A stretch of 64,000 nucleotides of DNA from Chrysomallon squamiferum. Taxonomy: Eukaryota > Animalia > Mollusca. Under the pieces are notes generated by a model. That model saw nothing but the letters and a program-made list of their open reading frames with translations, did no database searches and had not been told where the DNA came from. Positions 25,667-40,900 of the stretch are shown here, piece by piece (the first letter of the stretch is position 1; every line of letters starts with the position of its first letter). The stretch lies in contig CM022679.1 in NCBI GenBank assembly GCA_012295275.1, positions 29,636,001 to 29,700,000 of the forward strand, in the 5' to 3' direction. The position numbers and the translations under genes are program-made.

Positions 25667-26598
25667 ATGTATAAATATAAGTCTTGCTGATTTATTCATG
25701 ACAAATGTACAAATGCAGGTTTGTATAATTCATCATTTTATGTTTGTAGCTGTATGTTTAAGATACCAGTGTCTGTGAAGGAATTTTTTGAGAACAGTTG
25801 CTATTGTAGGACATTAAATTAATTTTAATTTCTCTTTTTTTTTTTTTCATTTTTCATTTTATATTATTATTATTATTTTTTTTTTTTAATAAATGGCTGA
25901 TTGAACATGAAAAAAAAAGAAAAAAAAAAAAAAAAAATCATTTGAAGTACAGAATGAAAAATTCTGTACATACTGTTTTGTTGGTTGACGGTCGTTGGTT
26001 TTTAAATACAATAATTCATTTCCACTCGTGTTCTAACAGGACTGGAGTTAGATATGATGAGGTTCCAAGCTGTACAAAACGTCTGTGAATCTAATTTACG
26101 AGATAGTATAATTTGTAATAACTGAATCAAAAACCCCTTCAGTTGAGAATCTATTAGAAATAGCCTTTTTTTTAAAATTTATGTTACAAGTCTGGTGCAT
26201 ACACCAACCACTAAGTTATATTTTTAATTTTGTTCTTTACAACTGACTAAGGATTTCATAGAAACTAACTTCCTTCATGGAGACTGGTGAAACAAATGAT
26301 TTGTTAATGTCATCACGACAGGTTTATGAAATGCATTTTGTGTCGTCAGAGTAGACATTTTGCTCAGCTGTTTAAACTGGATGTTTTATGTAAATTCTCA
26401 CATGCTTCAGTTTCATACGTAGTTTCATTATGGACGATAAAAAAAAAAAAAAAAAGTACATCAATGATAAAATGACATCTTTTAATGTTTACATCATGCA
26501 TTTTGTTATGTCAGTATTTAAAATTGATAGTTTTGTAATTATATTTTATGCAAATAAATCATTCATATTTCAGTTGTGTGCAGAAAACGAGCTATTAA

Positions 26599-26632
<34 letters not shown>

Positions 26633-29397
26633 TTTTTATGACAAGGATTTTTATTTGATCAAATTCTTTGCTAAATTTATTTTAGAACAATCATCTTTCA
26701 TAGACCATTTATTTTTCACTATCACATAAAATTTAAATAGAATTATATCCATTTTGATGTAATTTCAACAAACTTAAATTTATATTGTATAAAGTAATTA
26801 AATCAGTTGTTCAAAAGATATCTAAATTAACATTTAACACTCAACATTTTGTTAGAATTCCATTGTAAAAAAAATATTAAAATATGAAAGAAAAAAAAAG
26901 CTTAGTTGAAAATACAATGTTCATCAAAGCACACATTTCTCTTATAATTTGGACTAAGATTATACATTCTTTCTTATTTTTTTTTATTTAAAAAAAAAAA
27001 AATTGTTTTTCTTGTTTTTTAATATAGATATAAAATTAAATTTGGTGGATTTTGCTAACAAATTTCGTTGAAGATAAAAATGTCATTAAAAAAGAAATAA
27101 TAATATTGTATATAAATAAATAAATGTACAAAACCTTGTTACATCTCCAAGCCTTTTATAATGAATGACAAGTGTGAGCTAATTTTCTACATCTCTTGTC
27201 AATTTTTATTTATTTATTTATTTGTTTATTTGTTTATTTTTGTTTTTCGTCATCCATATATTAGTTTTCATCTGTGTTATGCTGAGTACTTACACATTTT
27301 TTTACTGATTTTGTTTTCTCATCTGTACTATTTTGAGTGTGCATGTGTGTGATCCAAAGGTGTGTGTGTGTGTGTGTGTGTGCGCAAATCATGATGGTCT
27401 AGAAGTAACAGGAACATTTTGAAACCATGACTGCATTGTTTTAAAAACAAAACAAAAAACAAATGTAATAATTGTTAAGTGACTAAATAAATGTTTGTAC
27501 ATTGTTTTTTGTTTAAATGTGAAAACTCTGGTTACTTCTAATTTTGCTAATTTTGCAATTTGTTGGTGCTTCTCATTCTTGTATGCTTACATTTTTTTTT
27601 TTTTTTTTTTTTGCTACAATAAAACCATGTGCAATACATTCTGATGTATGTACCTGATTCATAAAACCATCATCATTTATACTGCATCAATGTGGTCATA
27701 TTGATTTATTATTATTATTATTTTTTTAAATCCTTGCATAAATATAGGAGCCATATTTGAATACTGAGTGGAAATCTAGATGTTCTGTTAGAATTAATGT
27801 GTGTGTTTGGTAAAGCATGAATAACAAATGATTTTTTTTTTTTTTTTTTTTTTAAACTGTGGTTTAAGTGTATATTCTGAGTGATAGTAATGGTTTATAG
27901 ACAAACAGAATTTGACCACTGGTCATTCTCTCTCTATACTGAAGCCAACAACACCTAGATTTTATGTTAGAAGTCTGTGTAAGAAATTGTTAGGATCGCA
28001 ATGTTGGCTGTAAACATCAGATTTTTATTATTTTTTTTGAATTTTTTGTTTTGTTTTTTTAGCTTGGAAGCAAATTAAGCAAAACTTATAAATTTTCTTT
28101 GCTCGACTTTTTATATAAAATGAAAAAAAGAAAAAAGTATAGGTGTTTAAAAGAATAAAATAATATATCCATTGGTACAAGCATTCTTATTAGTTAAAAG
28201 AAAAATAAGTTGCCAATGGAAAACAAATTTTACTGCATTTCCAGTTAACTGGGTGACTTTTTCCAATGAAAGACATTTTCTTATTGTTGATATAATTGCC
28301 AATGGTACAAGTTTTCCTATTGGTTTATAAAATATGATTTTTTTTTTATGCATGAAGTTCTGCTATTGGCTGACGGTTAATATTTAGCATTATGTCTGTG
28401 AACTTTAATATGAAATTAAATCAAATTAAATAAGAATTCTTAAAATCAATATTAATTTTTTTTTTTTAATGTTTGGAAATAACTGCAATGTGTACATGAA
28501 TATCTTACCTAATGAAAATGTGTCGGTGAATATAGTTCACCTTTATTTTGTGTGAGCTGTGTGTGAACGTAAGATAAGTTGTTGAATGGAATTTTTTAAT
28601 TTAAATTTGTGTGAGATTATCCCTGCTGCTCTGTCCATCTTACTAGAGAGTCATACAGCCAGCCACCTGATCAATAAACTGTTCAATATACCAGTGTTCT
28701 TGTTTCTCTTCCTTCACAAACTCTTACATACTGTTGTGGTAACCCACGTTATCAAATAAAAGCTGTTACCTCTCGTTAGAATAAGAAAGAAAAGGAAACA
28801 GGTGGTAAAATATTTGGATGCATCAAAAAAAAAAAAAAAATTTAACAAATTTTATTATTTTTATTATTATTATTTATTTGTTTGTTTGTTTGTTTGTTTA
28901 TTCCTTAACAGTTCTGAACTGAAATTTTATTATTAATATATATATTTTTTAACAGTTCCAAAAGGAAGATAACTGGTGTATGTTTAATATATACACATAG
29001 TTATATATGTAAATGATATTTTTGTTACAAGTAACCAATGAACTTTGACATTTATTTATTTATGAGCTTGATAAAAACATACTAGAATTAGCAAAAACAC
29101 TTTTTATTATTAATGATACTTTCACTGTCATTGAGAAAAAATCAAAAAAAAAAAAATCAAGAAAACAATTATTAACAAAAACTAACACACAGGAGGTCTA
29201 GGTCGTTGCCATGGATAGATATTAAATTTGCAGATAAACAGATAAACTGACATACACACATTAGTTTGAAATGCATAAAAAATCAATGAATTATATCCAT
29301 ATTATTCTTACTTTAGTTTAATTGTCTTTGCTACATGAAAACACAAATAAAATGCAAATTTCTGTATAAATAAAACAAGATACATACCTAAACAAGG

Positions 29398-29432
<35 letters not shown>

Positions 29433-32294
29433 CATAATAATAATAATAACTATAACAACAAAACAACAACAATAATAATAAAAGAAAAAAACCCACAAAA
29501 TGAAATACAAAAATTAGAAAAATATAAAACAATAACTGAATAAAAAAATAAAATAAATGTAGGAAAAAAATAAAAAGAGACATATAAATAAATCAAATTC
29601 TTTTTGATTATTCATGAATTTCCCCTCTGTTATGTACTGCATACCAAACAACAATTTATCAGTTAGTTTTTCTATGGAAGAATAGTGGTATTTAAAAAAA
29701 AAATCCAAAAAAAGAAAAGTAAAACAAAATAAATAAACGTATCTGAAAAAATTACTATCTTGCAAGTATAAAATACTTACTAATATTTAAACAGTCAAAA
29801 CATGAACTACTACATAACAAGAATACTATAAAATAACAAAATATGTACAAGTAAAATACTAGAAAAGAAACAGGATTTTATGTCACTCACTGACTCAGTC
29901 TTTCAGTTTTGTGTCATGTCAACTCCATTCATTATTAACAAAATAATTTTAATTATCAGTTTCCAAGTATTCACATTATTTAGAATATTTTGCAGTTCTG
30001 ACAATACTAACGTCAAACTCACATTTTTCCTCTTAGAAGCAAGATTATTTTAATATATATATATATACCTTCTCACAGACAGTAGAGTGACCACTGCCTC
30101 TAATAATAGTTACACTGGGGAGACTTGATCATGGAACCAGTCAGACCTGGCAACAGTGCTGTATCCATTATTGGATGATTTATATGAAAGTTAAAGGACT
30201 GAAGAACAATTTATAAACTTCAAATATATGTAGCACTAACACTTTGTGAAAAATTTCAAAATTCAAAAGGGATTATCACAAATATAATATAAAAAAATTG
30301 TAATAAAGATGTTCATTTCAGTACATCCATAAACAAGTTCCATTAAAAGAAAAGAAAACAAAACAAAACAAAACAAAAATAAAAACAGGCTGTTCACACA
30401 TTCTCTTTACACACAGACAGACAGATGTGTAACTGTGATAGGCTTAATAATAAAATAAAACTTTTAACAACAAACACAGCAATATGACTTTGATAAGCTA
30501 TAATATAAAAATAAAAAAAAATTAAATAAAATGAATAATGATAACTGCTTTAAAGATCACTGTAATAATAAAACAAATCTTTTAAAATGTTTTAATACCG
30601 ACAACACGAAGAAAGTTTTACATTTTTTTTTTTTTTTTTTGGAAACATCAGAACCAACCACATTTCTAAAAATAAAAATATCTTCTATCTGAAAGTGAAA
30701 TGTATTATACAAACAACAAATTTATTATTTTAATTAAACAATAATGAAAATAATAAAAATTTCTCCGTTATATGAACAACATGATTCAATTATGTTGTAT
30801 ATGTGGTAATACTGAATATTTTTACAAATCATAATTAAAAGAATTAAAAGTTATTGTATGCAGGATAGTTTTAAAAAGAGGATTGTCATAGTATTTGTAA
30901 AAATTGTTTGTGTGTCAAGAGTTTGGTTTATTAATTTTGGGTATTTTCGAAGAAATAAAAAACAGCGAGATAAAAAATGGATTAAAAATTATTTTAAAAA
31001 TAAATAAAGGGTCAATTTGTAATATATTCAAATCTCGATATTTTATAAAACATTTATCCACAAAAGATTAAATTAAATCAATAAATAAATAATAAAAAAG
31101 TATAAAAGAAAGAAAAGTGACTCTTAATTTTACTGAGGAAGTAATATATTCTATTTGAGTTATTTAATGCATATATTATTTTTTATATTTCTTTGCTCTC
31201 CTTTATGTTAACCAACAACAAATGACTAATAAAATTTTAACACTTGTTAAGCTAAATAGTCATTCTATTTTTATGATTATCAGTTTTAATTGTTTATGTT
31301 TTTGCACTTGTGATACATTTAACACATATGTTCACACTTATGTCCCTGAATTTTATGTTGTTATATATATAAACAGTTATTTAAAATCTTGCTAGATACA
31401 GAAACATCTGATATGAACTAAACCCGAGATTGTCACAGAAATTACATCACAAATACTATTTTCACTTTTTAATAACAGAAAATTAAAATAAATTACTAAA
31501 GAAATAATAATATATAAAATAAAATTGAAAAAAACAAATGAAAAAAAAAAAATAATAACAACAATAATGAAATCACTAACTGAAAAGAAACCCAACCTGC
31601 TCACATAAAAATATCTTAAAATAACCATTACATCAAAAACTATGAATATCATACCAAACTGACACAAATTTCAGTATTGTATTAGTCTGAAGAATTCATA
31701 GTAACTTTAATAATGATACTATAATAATTAAGTCAGTATTAATTTTATACTAAACTAGACACTCACAAAATAAGAAAATTTACTTTATACTGTTAACTGT
31801 ATTAAACCGTAATAACATTATCAATCTAACCATACTCATAACTTTATACATAACACAGGTAATGAATATTCTATTACCCATTCTCCTTCTCTTTTTGTTT
31901 TATTATTATTATTATTACATGGAATCAACCTATAAGGGGGTGAGATTCGGTATGCACCTGTATCTGTTATCAGGTAGTGAAATAACTGAATTATCACATG
32001 GCTAAATTTTCAATCTTCATTACTTGTTTAATATTTCAACTAATTTAATAATTATAATAACCAATTACATCAACAAAAATGAATGACAATAATGACCATA
32101 ATTTTATACAGTTCATCTCTATTTCGTGTGTCAAAGAGGCTAGTGCAGTAATGATAATAAAAACACTGAAAGACTATTGCTATCAAACATGAATTAATTC
32201 AGTACATTGTCAACCTGTTTAAAGTATTAAATAGGTTAATGATGGTAACAACACAGAAAGACAATTCATTTTACACTTTATCCAACATATATTA

Positions 32295-32348
<54 letters not shown>

Positions 32349-33024
32349 CATACTTTTCTAAGTTACTATTTCTATTTTAAACAGAAACTAATTTTAAAAA
32401 CAGCAATAACCATACAGTTACATTCCTAATATTTCAAACTGATTATGAAACAAGAATTAATTTCATATCTAAAACAACCATTTTTTAAAATGCATTATTT
32501 CTGTTTTTAGAAGCTACTGTAATAACTATAATGATCATACTTACATTTTTACATGATCAAACATGAATAAAATAATGAGAATGTTATCAGTATTCATAGC
32601 CTACATAAAACAACAGCTATTTTAATAAAAATGACCAGACTTTCTTAATTTTATTAAAAAATTAACTAATTTAATAACTGTAACAAACTTACATTCATAG
32701 TAATTTAATAGCTGTGATCACAAAACATTAAATACTGTATACATTTCAATATATTATATACAATGGTTAATATCTATAAAAACTTTAATATTTTTAAATA
32801 AAATTTTCTTTTTTCTAAAATGAAACAATAAAAAATTATTTCTTTGTATTTTTTTATTTATTATTATTTTATTATATATATATTCTTTTATTATTATTCT
32901 ACTCTAAAGACTATTCAGTAACAATAATGTCTAGATCATTCTTTTTTCATTTTTATCTTTTAACATTTCAGCGTTTTGAAAAGAAACTTGAAAAGTAATA
33001 ATATACTGTTAAATTCTTAAAACA

Positions 33025-33400
33025 TTTTTTTTATTCTACATTAAACATAATTTAGTAACATCCATACTTTTTGTTAGCTCTGTATTTCACTGTTTCAAAA
33101 ACAAGCTTGCCTGATAACAGTAAAAACTATACCAAGAATATTTAATACAACAATACAGAAAAACAAAAGAAATAAGTTAATGACATGAAACCTCTTTCTT
33201 TTTCTTTTGTTTTTATTACACTATTAACTACCTTTTTTAAAATTATTCTACATTAAACATAATTTAATAATAATGATGTTCATACTTTTTTGATAAAAAA
33301 AATCAACAATATTCATAATTGGTTTTTTTTTTTAAACTCTATTTCACTATTTTGAAAAGTAACTAGCTCAGTAACAATAGTAACTCTATTATTACAATCT
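33025..33400. repeat. Diverged ~210-bp tandem duplication
   Basis: ttattctacattaaacataattta...catactttt...atttcact at ~33031 and ~33243. Confidence 0.7.
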
Positions 33401-33737
33401 CAGTCACTTTTACATGATATAAAACATGAATTTACATCTTTTACGAGCAATTTTCTACACTCTGTTTCAATGTATTTAACAACATCCTCTTACAACTATA
33501 TAAAAAACAACAACACATTCACACAATCTCTGTTAAACTCTCAAACATGAAATAATTAATAAAGACATCATCAAACATACTAATTAAGAAATAAATACTA
33601 ATCAAAAAAAAAAAAAAAAAAAAGGAAAAAGATCATGCACCATTTACTTTAACACTAATATTTTATGTTTGGGTATGTATTTGCATAAATATTGTAATTG
33701 TCAATATATACATTTACATATACACATATGCATATAC

Positions 33738-33782
<45 letters not shown>

Positions 33783-34399
33783 TATATATACATACATACA
33801 CCCACACACACTGATACACACATATATATTTGATATCTATATAATCACACACACACATCTATACAGCTTATAAATTCAATGAAGATTCAAACTTTTTTGT
33901 ACAAGGTTTGTTTTGCAAGTAATCTGTAAGATCCATCCAAGACTATGAAACAAAGTTTTAAATGTGACCCTCTATGACAAAAAGCTACATACGGTGAAAA
34001 GGTTCAGTAATTTTATAATATCAATGAATTTAACGATGAAATTACTGCTTTTTTTTATATATTGACAGGTCTCATTCAAGAGTGGATCAGTCTGTCATTG
34101 TCAAAAATGTCATTTTATTTATTTATTATATTATTATTATTTTAATTATTACATTAAGATCATAATTATTTTCAAAAAGAAAAAAACAAAAGTAAAAAAA
34201 AAAAGAACATTAACTACAGTTGCCTCATTTTAAGTTAAAAATGGTCTTAAATGCACAAATTAAGGGGTGGGGGAAGTAATAAGGAATACCATTACTTATG
34301 CCAGAATGTATAGAGGTTACTAATTTCACACTTAATGTACACTTTGTTGAAACAGGTCATATTTTTTTTTCTGTAAAAAATGATGGATGAATTTATACA

Positions 34400-34464
<65 letters not shown>

Positions 34465-34711
34465 GAAAAGAAAAGAAAAAGGTTAATAAAAATCTTTCAA
34501 TATTTATATTTTATTTTACAAAGAAAACAACACACATACAAGTTAAATTGGCATAGATGACTGTTCATGTTAAAAGGGACCAAACGTCAGGTCTACTGGG
34601 AGTAACAGTGAAACTGCACCAACTGGCACACAACAGACATGGTTACAAGAAGAAAAGTTTATTAAATAACCACACAGACAGATCCATTCACTAAACAACA
34701 CAAACACATGA

Positions 34712-34999
34712 ACATCCAATCAAACTGACAACTTACTTCACTCACGACCAATCAGATTACTGCTTACTTTGTCAACTCACGACCAATCAAATCGCTGCTT
34801 ATTTAATTCCTCATGACCAATGAAATTACTGCTTCTTTTGTTCAGTCATGACCAATCAAATCAGAGTTTCTTTTACACATGATGAATGAAATCATATTTT
34901 ACTTTTTCACTAAATAACCAATGAAATCGACTCTTTATTATCACTCATGGCAAATCAATTCACTACATTTTTTAATTTTTTTTGCAATATCCAATCAGG
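34712..34999. repeat. Degenerate ~34-35-bp repeat with CCAAT cores at the start of the PDPK1 3' UTR
   Basis: ccaatca/ccaatga cores at ~34716, 34748, 34783, 34817, 34852, 34918, 34991. Confidence 0.8.
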
Positions 35000-35125
35000 T
35001 CAATCCTTCTTTCCATAATAGTGGTTCCACACTTCGTTGATCTTACACACCCATTCCTCGGAACGTGATTCTGGATCTTCAAGATAGTATGTGCGATTTG
35101 GCTGAATGGAAATTAAAAAAGAGAA

Positions 35126-35159
<34 letters not shown>

Positions 35160-37888
35160 TTTTTAATCATGTTAAGAGATTAGAAAAAAAATAATTAATT
35201 TAATACTTATTTAATAGGGTATGTTATAAACAATGTAAAATGATTCAAATTGTAGAAAATAAATGTATTACTTTAACAAATAAAAACTAAAATATTTTTT
35301 TAAAAATTATTTACCGTATGAATAAAGAAAATCTTAAAGTTTTTTGCTTCGGGCCTAAGATCCTTTGACCTGGAAAAGAACATTTAATACAATATTATTA
35401 TTGTAAACAAAAGAAACAACTTAATGACATGAATCCTCTTTCCTTTTTGACTTTTTTTGAATAAAAATAAAATAAAATGCAAGACAAAAGATAAAAAATA
35501 TAATTAACAGTTATATTTCTTCTTAACATTTAATTAATATTAATTATTTGTGATGTCGTGAATTTACAGACAGAACATATTCGGTACATTTTGAGAAGAA
35601 AATTTTATTTATTTATTCATGGCAACCATTCTTTACTAACAATAAAGTACAGTAAATGTTGAAAATGAGTAGTTACCATGGTATTTGGCCTTTGAGGACT
35701 TTGTTTACGGGGTCCACGTAATACAGATGCGGTCCTTCGGTCAGTAGAAACATTCTACGTCTAGAAAACAAACCCTGAAAAGAAAAATATAACAAAACGT
35801 AACAAAAAATTGTAATGAGAGAGAAAAAAAATATATATAAATTAGAATTAGAATAATTAATATAATTAAAAGAAAACAAACTCTGAAAAGAAAAAATATA
35901 ACAAAAAATTGTAATGAGAGAGAAAAAAATATATATAAATTAGAATTAGAATAATCAATATAATTAAAAGACATGGAATTCAAAATTAATTTTAAAAAAG
36001 TGATTAAAAAGAAGTGCATTATTTGGTTGGTGGTTATTTTCACTATCCAGTCAAATGACAGGTAATGAATTTAGCTAACAAAGAATTTTTAATGTAATTT
36101 AAATATTATAAAATTGTGTTTTGGTAATTTGAAACATCCATCGTTCAGTCATCAAATGGATAACAAAAACTGAAACTTTTAAAAAAAAAATTAAAAAAAA
36201 TTAAATAATTAAAAATATATAAAAATATTTTAAAATTCAAAAAAAAAAAGAAAAAAAAGATATGAATAAATAAAATATATATATTATATACTTTTCTAAA
36301 TTAAAATATTATCTGTAATTCGAATGGTTGATCTTTACTGGTACAACCAAGGTAACAAAATTTTTTTTTTTTTCATAACTCTTATTAATCAAATTATTTT
36401 ACAAATTTGTGATTTATTGGTTAATCAGTATTTTCATTCAGGTAACACAATAAGTGAAAGAAGCAATACTCTCACCTTTCTCTTGTCTATCAGTCCCTGT
36501 TTCAGTACTAAATTACTCTCAACAAAACGATGATATGCGTTATTCTTAGCCTGCTCTTCCAGTTTCCTCCTTCTTTCATCTTCTGACATACTGAAATAAT
36601 AACAACAATAATAACAATAACAATAACAACAACAATAATAAAAAAATAATAACAGTAATAACAATAATAATAATAATAATATAATAATAACAATATAATA
36701 ATAACAATAAACAGTAATAACAATAAAAATAACATTAGCAATAATATTTATAAAAAATAACAATAATAAAATAATAACATCAATAATAATAAATAATAAT
36801 AAAAAATAATAATTAAAAAAAAAAATAAATAAGTAAAACTGATAAATGAGTAATATAAAATAACTTATTAAATATTTAATAAATTGAAATAATAACCAAA
36901 TAATGAATAAATCTAATAACATTTCAACATTTTATGATCAACAAATATAAAAATATAATTTTCTGTTGCTGTAATTACAACATATTAAATTAATAAATAA
37001 ATAATCTAAAACAAAATATCACTGAATATTAATTTATTAACACCTCAGTATTTTATAATAAAAATAAAAAAATCTCACAGATATAATATAATACCATTTA
37101 AATAATATTTTAATATTAAAATATCAAAAATTATTAAAGCAGTATTTTTGAAATTATTTTTCAGTTATAATTTAATAATAAATTCAGAATACAAAACAAT
37201 GTATAGGTATCTTGTTTTTTTGAGTTTTTTGTTTGTTAATACATTTTTTTTAAAGTTAATGTATTTTCATATTTTTTGTTCAATGTATTAATTTTTAATT
37301 AACCGAAATATACATTTATGCCATTTCAGCTTTCAGTATTTTTAAACATGTATTTGCAAACCTTTTAAATATATTTTATAAATTAATTATGAATTAATTT
37401 AATGTTTCATATTTTAAAACAAAACTGTTATACTTAAGATTTTTTTAAAGAGCAAATACAGTTAAACTATATATTCACTGGTTGAAAAAAAAAAAAAAAA
37501 AAAATCTATAGACAGTTATATTATATAGATTTCATAAAATTTAACAATATTTTTATCATTTTTTAAATAAATAAAATGTTCTACATTTAACTGCTATCCA
37601 TAAACTGTACTTCTTGAACTGTTATACTTCAGATTATAGAGGTATAATTTTGAAACAAATACAATTAAACTATATAGATTTAATACAGTATTGTCCCTGC
37701 CAATATTTAAAGTAAGTAAAATGTTCTTCATTTTAGTTATTTTATACCAAATCAGTAGCTCTTAAATAGGTTGTTACACACTGTGAATACTTGTATCATA
37801 CATGTTAAACATGTGTCTCCAAGCAACCAAATAATTAATAACTTTTGTTTCACATTTTTGTGCTTAAAATAATTTAACTAATTAATTA

Positions 37889-37921
<33 letters not shown>

Positions 37922-40900
37922 GTTTTCTTGTAGGTATAAATTTATAACAAATAATAATAATAAAAAGTCTAAATAGTGTCAGTCTTTATTTATTTATTTT
38001 AAATTATTTTATTTTTATTTTAATATGGTTTAATTAAAGTGATTTAATCTCAAAGTATGTTAAAAAATATTAATTAAAGGATTTCACCAAACTGCTTCAT
38101 TTATGCCAAAATGTTTTTTGTATGGGTAAATAAATTTACTCAGTAGAACAAAAATAGTTTATATTTGCAATTTACTGGTGCAGGTCAAGAATTTTTGTAA
38201 CTGTATTTATCAGAAGTGTGAGGCTTAAAAACATTTTGAGATGGCCTGTAAAAAATTAAATAAAAAAACAATAATAAATAAATAAAAACTAAATAATGTA
38301 CTTGTAAAACTATCACGTATAATTCAACTTTTTATTCTGTAAGATAGTATTACAGAAAATTATAAAATGTTTTATATTTTTTATTTTCTTACACTTTCAC
38401 CTAAGAGTATACAAAAGGCTGAAAAATAGCCATCTATGTCTTAAAGAAATATTTAAAAAAAACTTGGCTGAATTAACAACAGATGCTGATAACATTCTTC
38501 AGTGTCAGTATGATTTAACCCACATAAGTTATAAACCACACTCACAAATAACTGGAAGTATTAATTTTTAATTTATTAACAGACTTAATACTTGAGTTAT
38601 CTCAAAAAGTAGGTTGTACTGATTTGAAGATACTTAAAATGAGTCCTTCATTACATATTACTAAGCTACTGGCTGTTTGAACTAATTTATAATTATAAAT
38701 ATAAATAAAATACAAAGACATAATCCAGTGAAATCCTTATATTAATATCAATCATAAAGCGAGACTGAAATTTTGTTTGTTTAAAAGAACATCATGGTCC
38801 CTGTATTGCAGAAATGCAATGATTTTTGTCTGTAAAAATGTTTTCAAATATAAGTAATATATATATGTGTATATATATATATATATAATGTACTTATTAG
38901 TCATGCTGTTTTCATCTGGATTTTGTATCAATAATTTGTATAATGTGTGTCAGACAACATGTTCCAAAATCAATGGTATTCATTTTTTAATTCTAGAATT
39001 TCAGAATACTTGGAAATATTACATAATTTAAGCTTTATCTTTCTAATGTAAGACTCTGTACTTTAGAATGTTGAGATACAACCCAAACCAGAATCACAAA
39101 CTTACCTTCTGTGTATATATATATCTAATAATTTAATAAACATTTACCATTTAATGATTTGGTAATCAATTTATTTATATTTCTGAACAAATGCTGTACA
39201 CATACATTTAATAAAAATGTACTACTTAATCATGTGATAAAACATTTTATTTATATTCTTGAACAATTAACTACAAATGAGAAAAGCAAATTAAACAAAA
39301 ACTCACAATCCATCAGAAATAATTTCAACAAGTCTTTTGTCATCAAAACCAGGCTGAAAACAAAATGAAAATAGAAATAAATAAAACATATTTTAAAAAA
39401 TGTGTGGTCAAACAGAGGCTAAAATGGATTTGTGAGGTGAATAAATATACAGCTGGATAGCTTCAAGCTGTTGTTGAATATTAACAATAACAAGTAATAC
39501 AATAACAGAAATATCTCCACTGTAACAGTCTGAAATTACAAAGAACAACATTTATCTGTAACTAAATAAGAATGAAAGATGCAAGTTCATGCATGAGTTT
39601 GCATAATTAATCTGCTGTGATAGAAATACATGAAATAAGATTTCTATATATATATATATATATTATATATATAAACACAATAACTGTGAAACAAAAACAT
39701 TCCATATTAAAATTATAAACTGGAACAATAACAAACAGTAAACAGTTAAAACATAGCCATTATTAGGAAAGAGGAAAAAAAAAAAATTTTATATTGTTAA
39801 TTCTGAACTGTGAAGAAAACAATTGTGATGCCATTTTTTAACAGGAAAAAATAAGATCCATGTAACTGTCACCAATGTTACTTTTAAATAGGAAAGAAAA
39901 TATAAATTCTGGAAATATTCTGAACGTAGCACCATATTTCTACAAAGCTTTAAACATAAACTACATTTTTGTGAGATTGGTGATTATTCTTAAACACAGA
40001 CTGTTGTTCTAATAAATAATGTCACAGCGAATCCTATAAAGATTTAAACATAAACTAAATATCTGTGTCATGTAAACAATGTCAGAGCTAATCCTATAAA
40101 GGTTTAAGTACAAATTACATGTCTGTGACATGTAAACAATGTCAGAGCTAATCCTATAAAGGTTTAAAGATAAACTAAATGTCTGTGACATGTAAACAAT
40201 GTCAGAGCTGATTCTATAAAGATTTAAAGATAAACTAAATGTCTGTGACATGTAAATGATGTCAGAGCTGATCCTGGGCAGAGCTAGAGGAACTGACCCT
40301 TTCGTCGTGACCGCTCCACATTTCAGGGTTGTGGCTGGTTGCAGGGAGGTAGGGGAGTAGGGAGGGAGCTTTAGTTTTAACCAGGTTATCCCAGTCAATT
40401 CCCGTGAAGAACTCGTGTTTTTTCAACTCGGGGTAACCCCCCATTTCCACACACCCCAGTCGCTTCGTTGGATCTATCACCTGAAAGGAGAGAGAGAGAG
40501 GGTTAAATGAACATAGTGTGTGTGTCTGTGTGTGTGACTGTATGTTTATACATGTGTACACACACACATGATATAAATGAATATATTTTATTTAAAAACT
40601 ACAGTCAACACATTTTTAGTCTGTTTTAAACATGGTTTAAGACAGAGAGCTGGGAGATAAAATCTACTTCAAATTTCAGGAGTAGCAGCAAGATATTTTA
40701 TAATAAATTCTACCTACAGAGAGAACATATAACAAAGTATAACAGAATATAACAAAGTGTAACTTAGTGTAACTAAGTATACCTAATTATAACAAAGTAT
40801 AGAAAAGTATAAAGAAGTATAACAAAGTTTATACATAAACAAACATTAAAGTTTCTACTCACAAGAAGTTTTTCAACCAAGTCCTTAGCTGTGGTGTTAA

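Noticed and set aside
22249-33858. Hydrophobic F/L/I/Y- or C/V-rich ORFs resembling membrane peptides
   Set aside because: Products of AT-rich and microsatellite sequence with no splice or domain support.
39095-39112. Strong minus-strand donor gaag|gtaagt suggesting an extra PDPK1 microexon
   Set aside because: No convincing acceptor or frame upstream, and the flanking exons already join in phase.
40009-40398. 129-aa ORF with 20-aa repeats
   Set aside because: Out-of-frame reading of a PDPK1 exon running into the 60-bp array.
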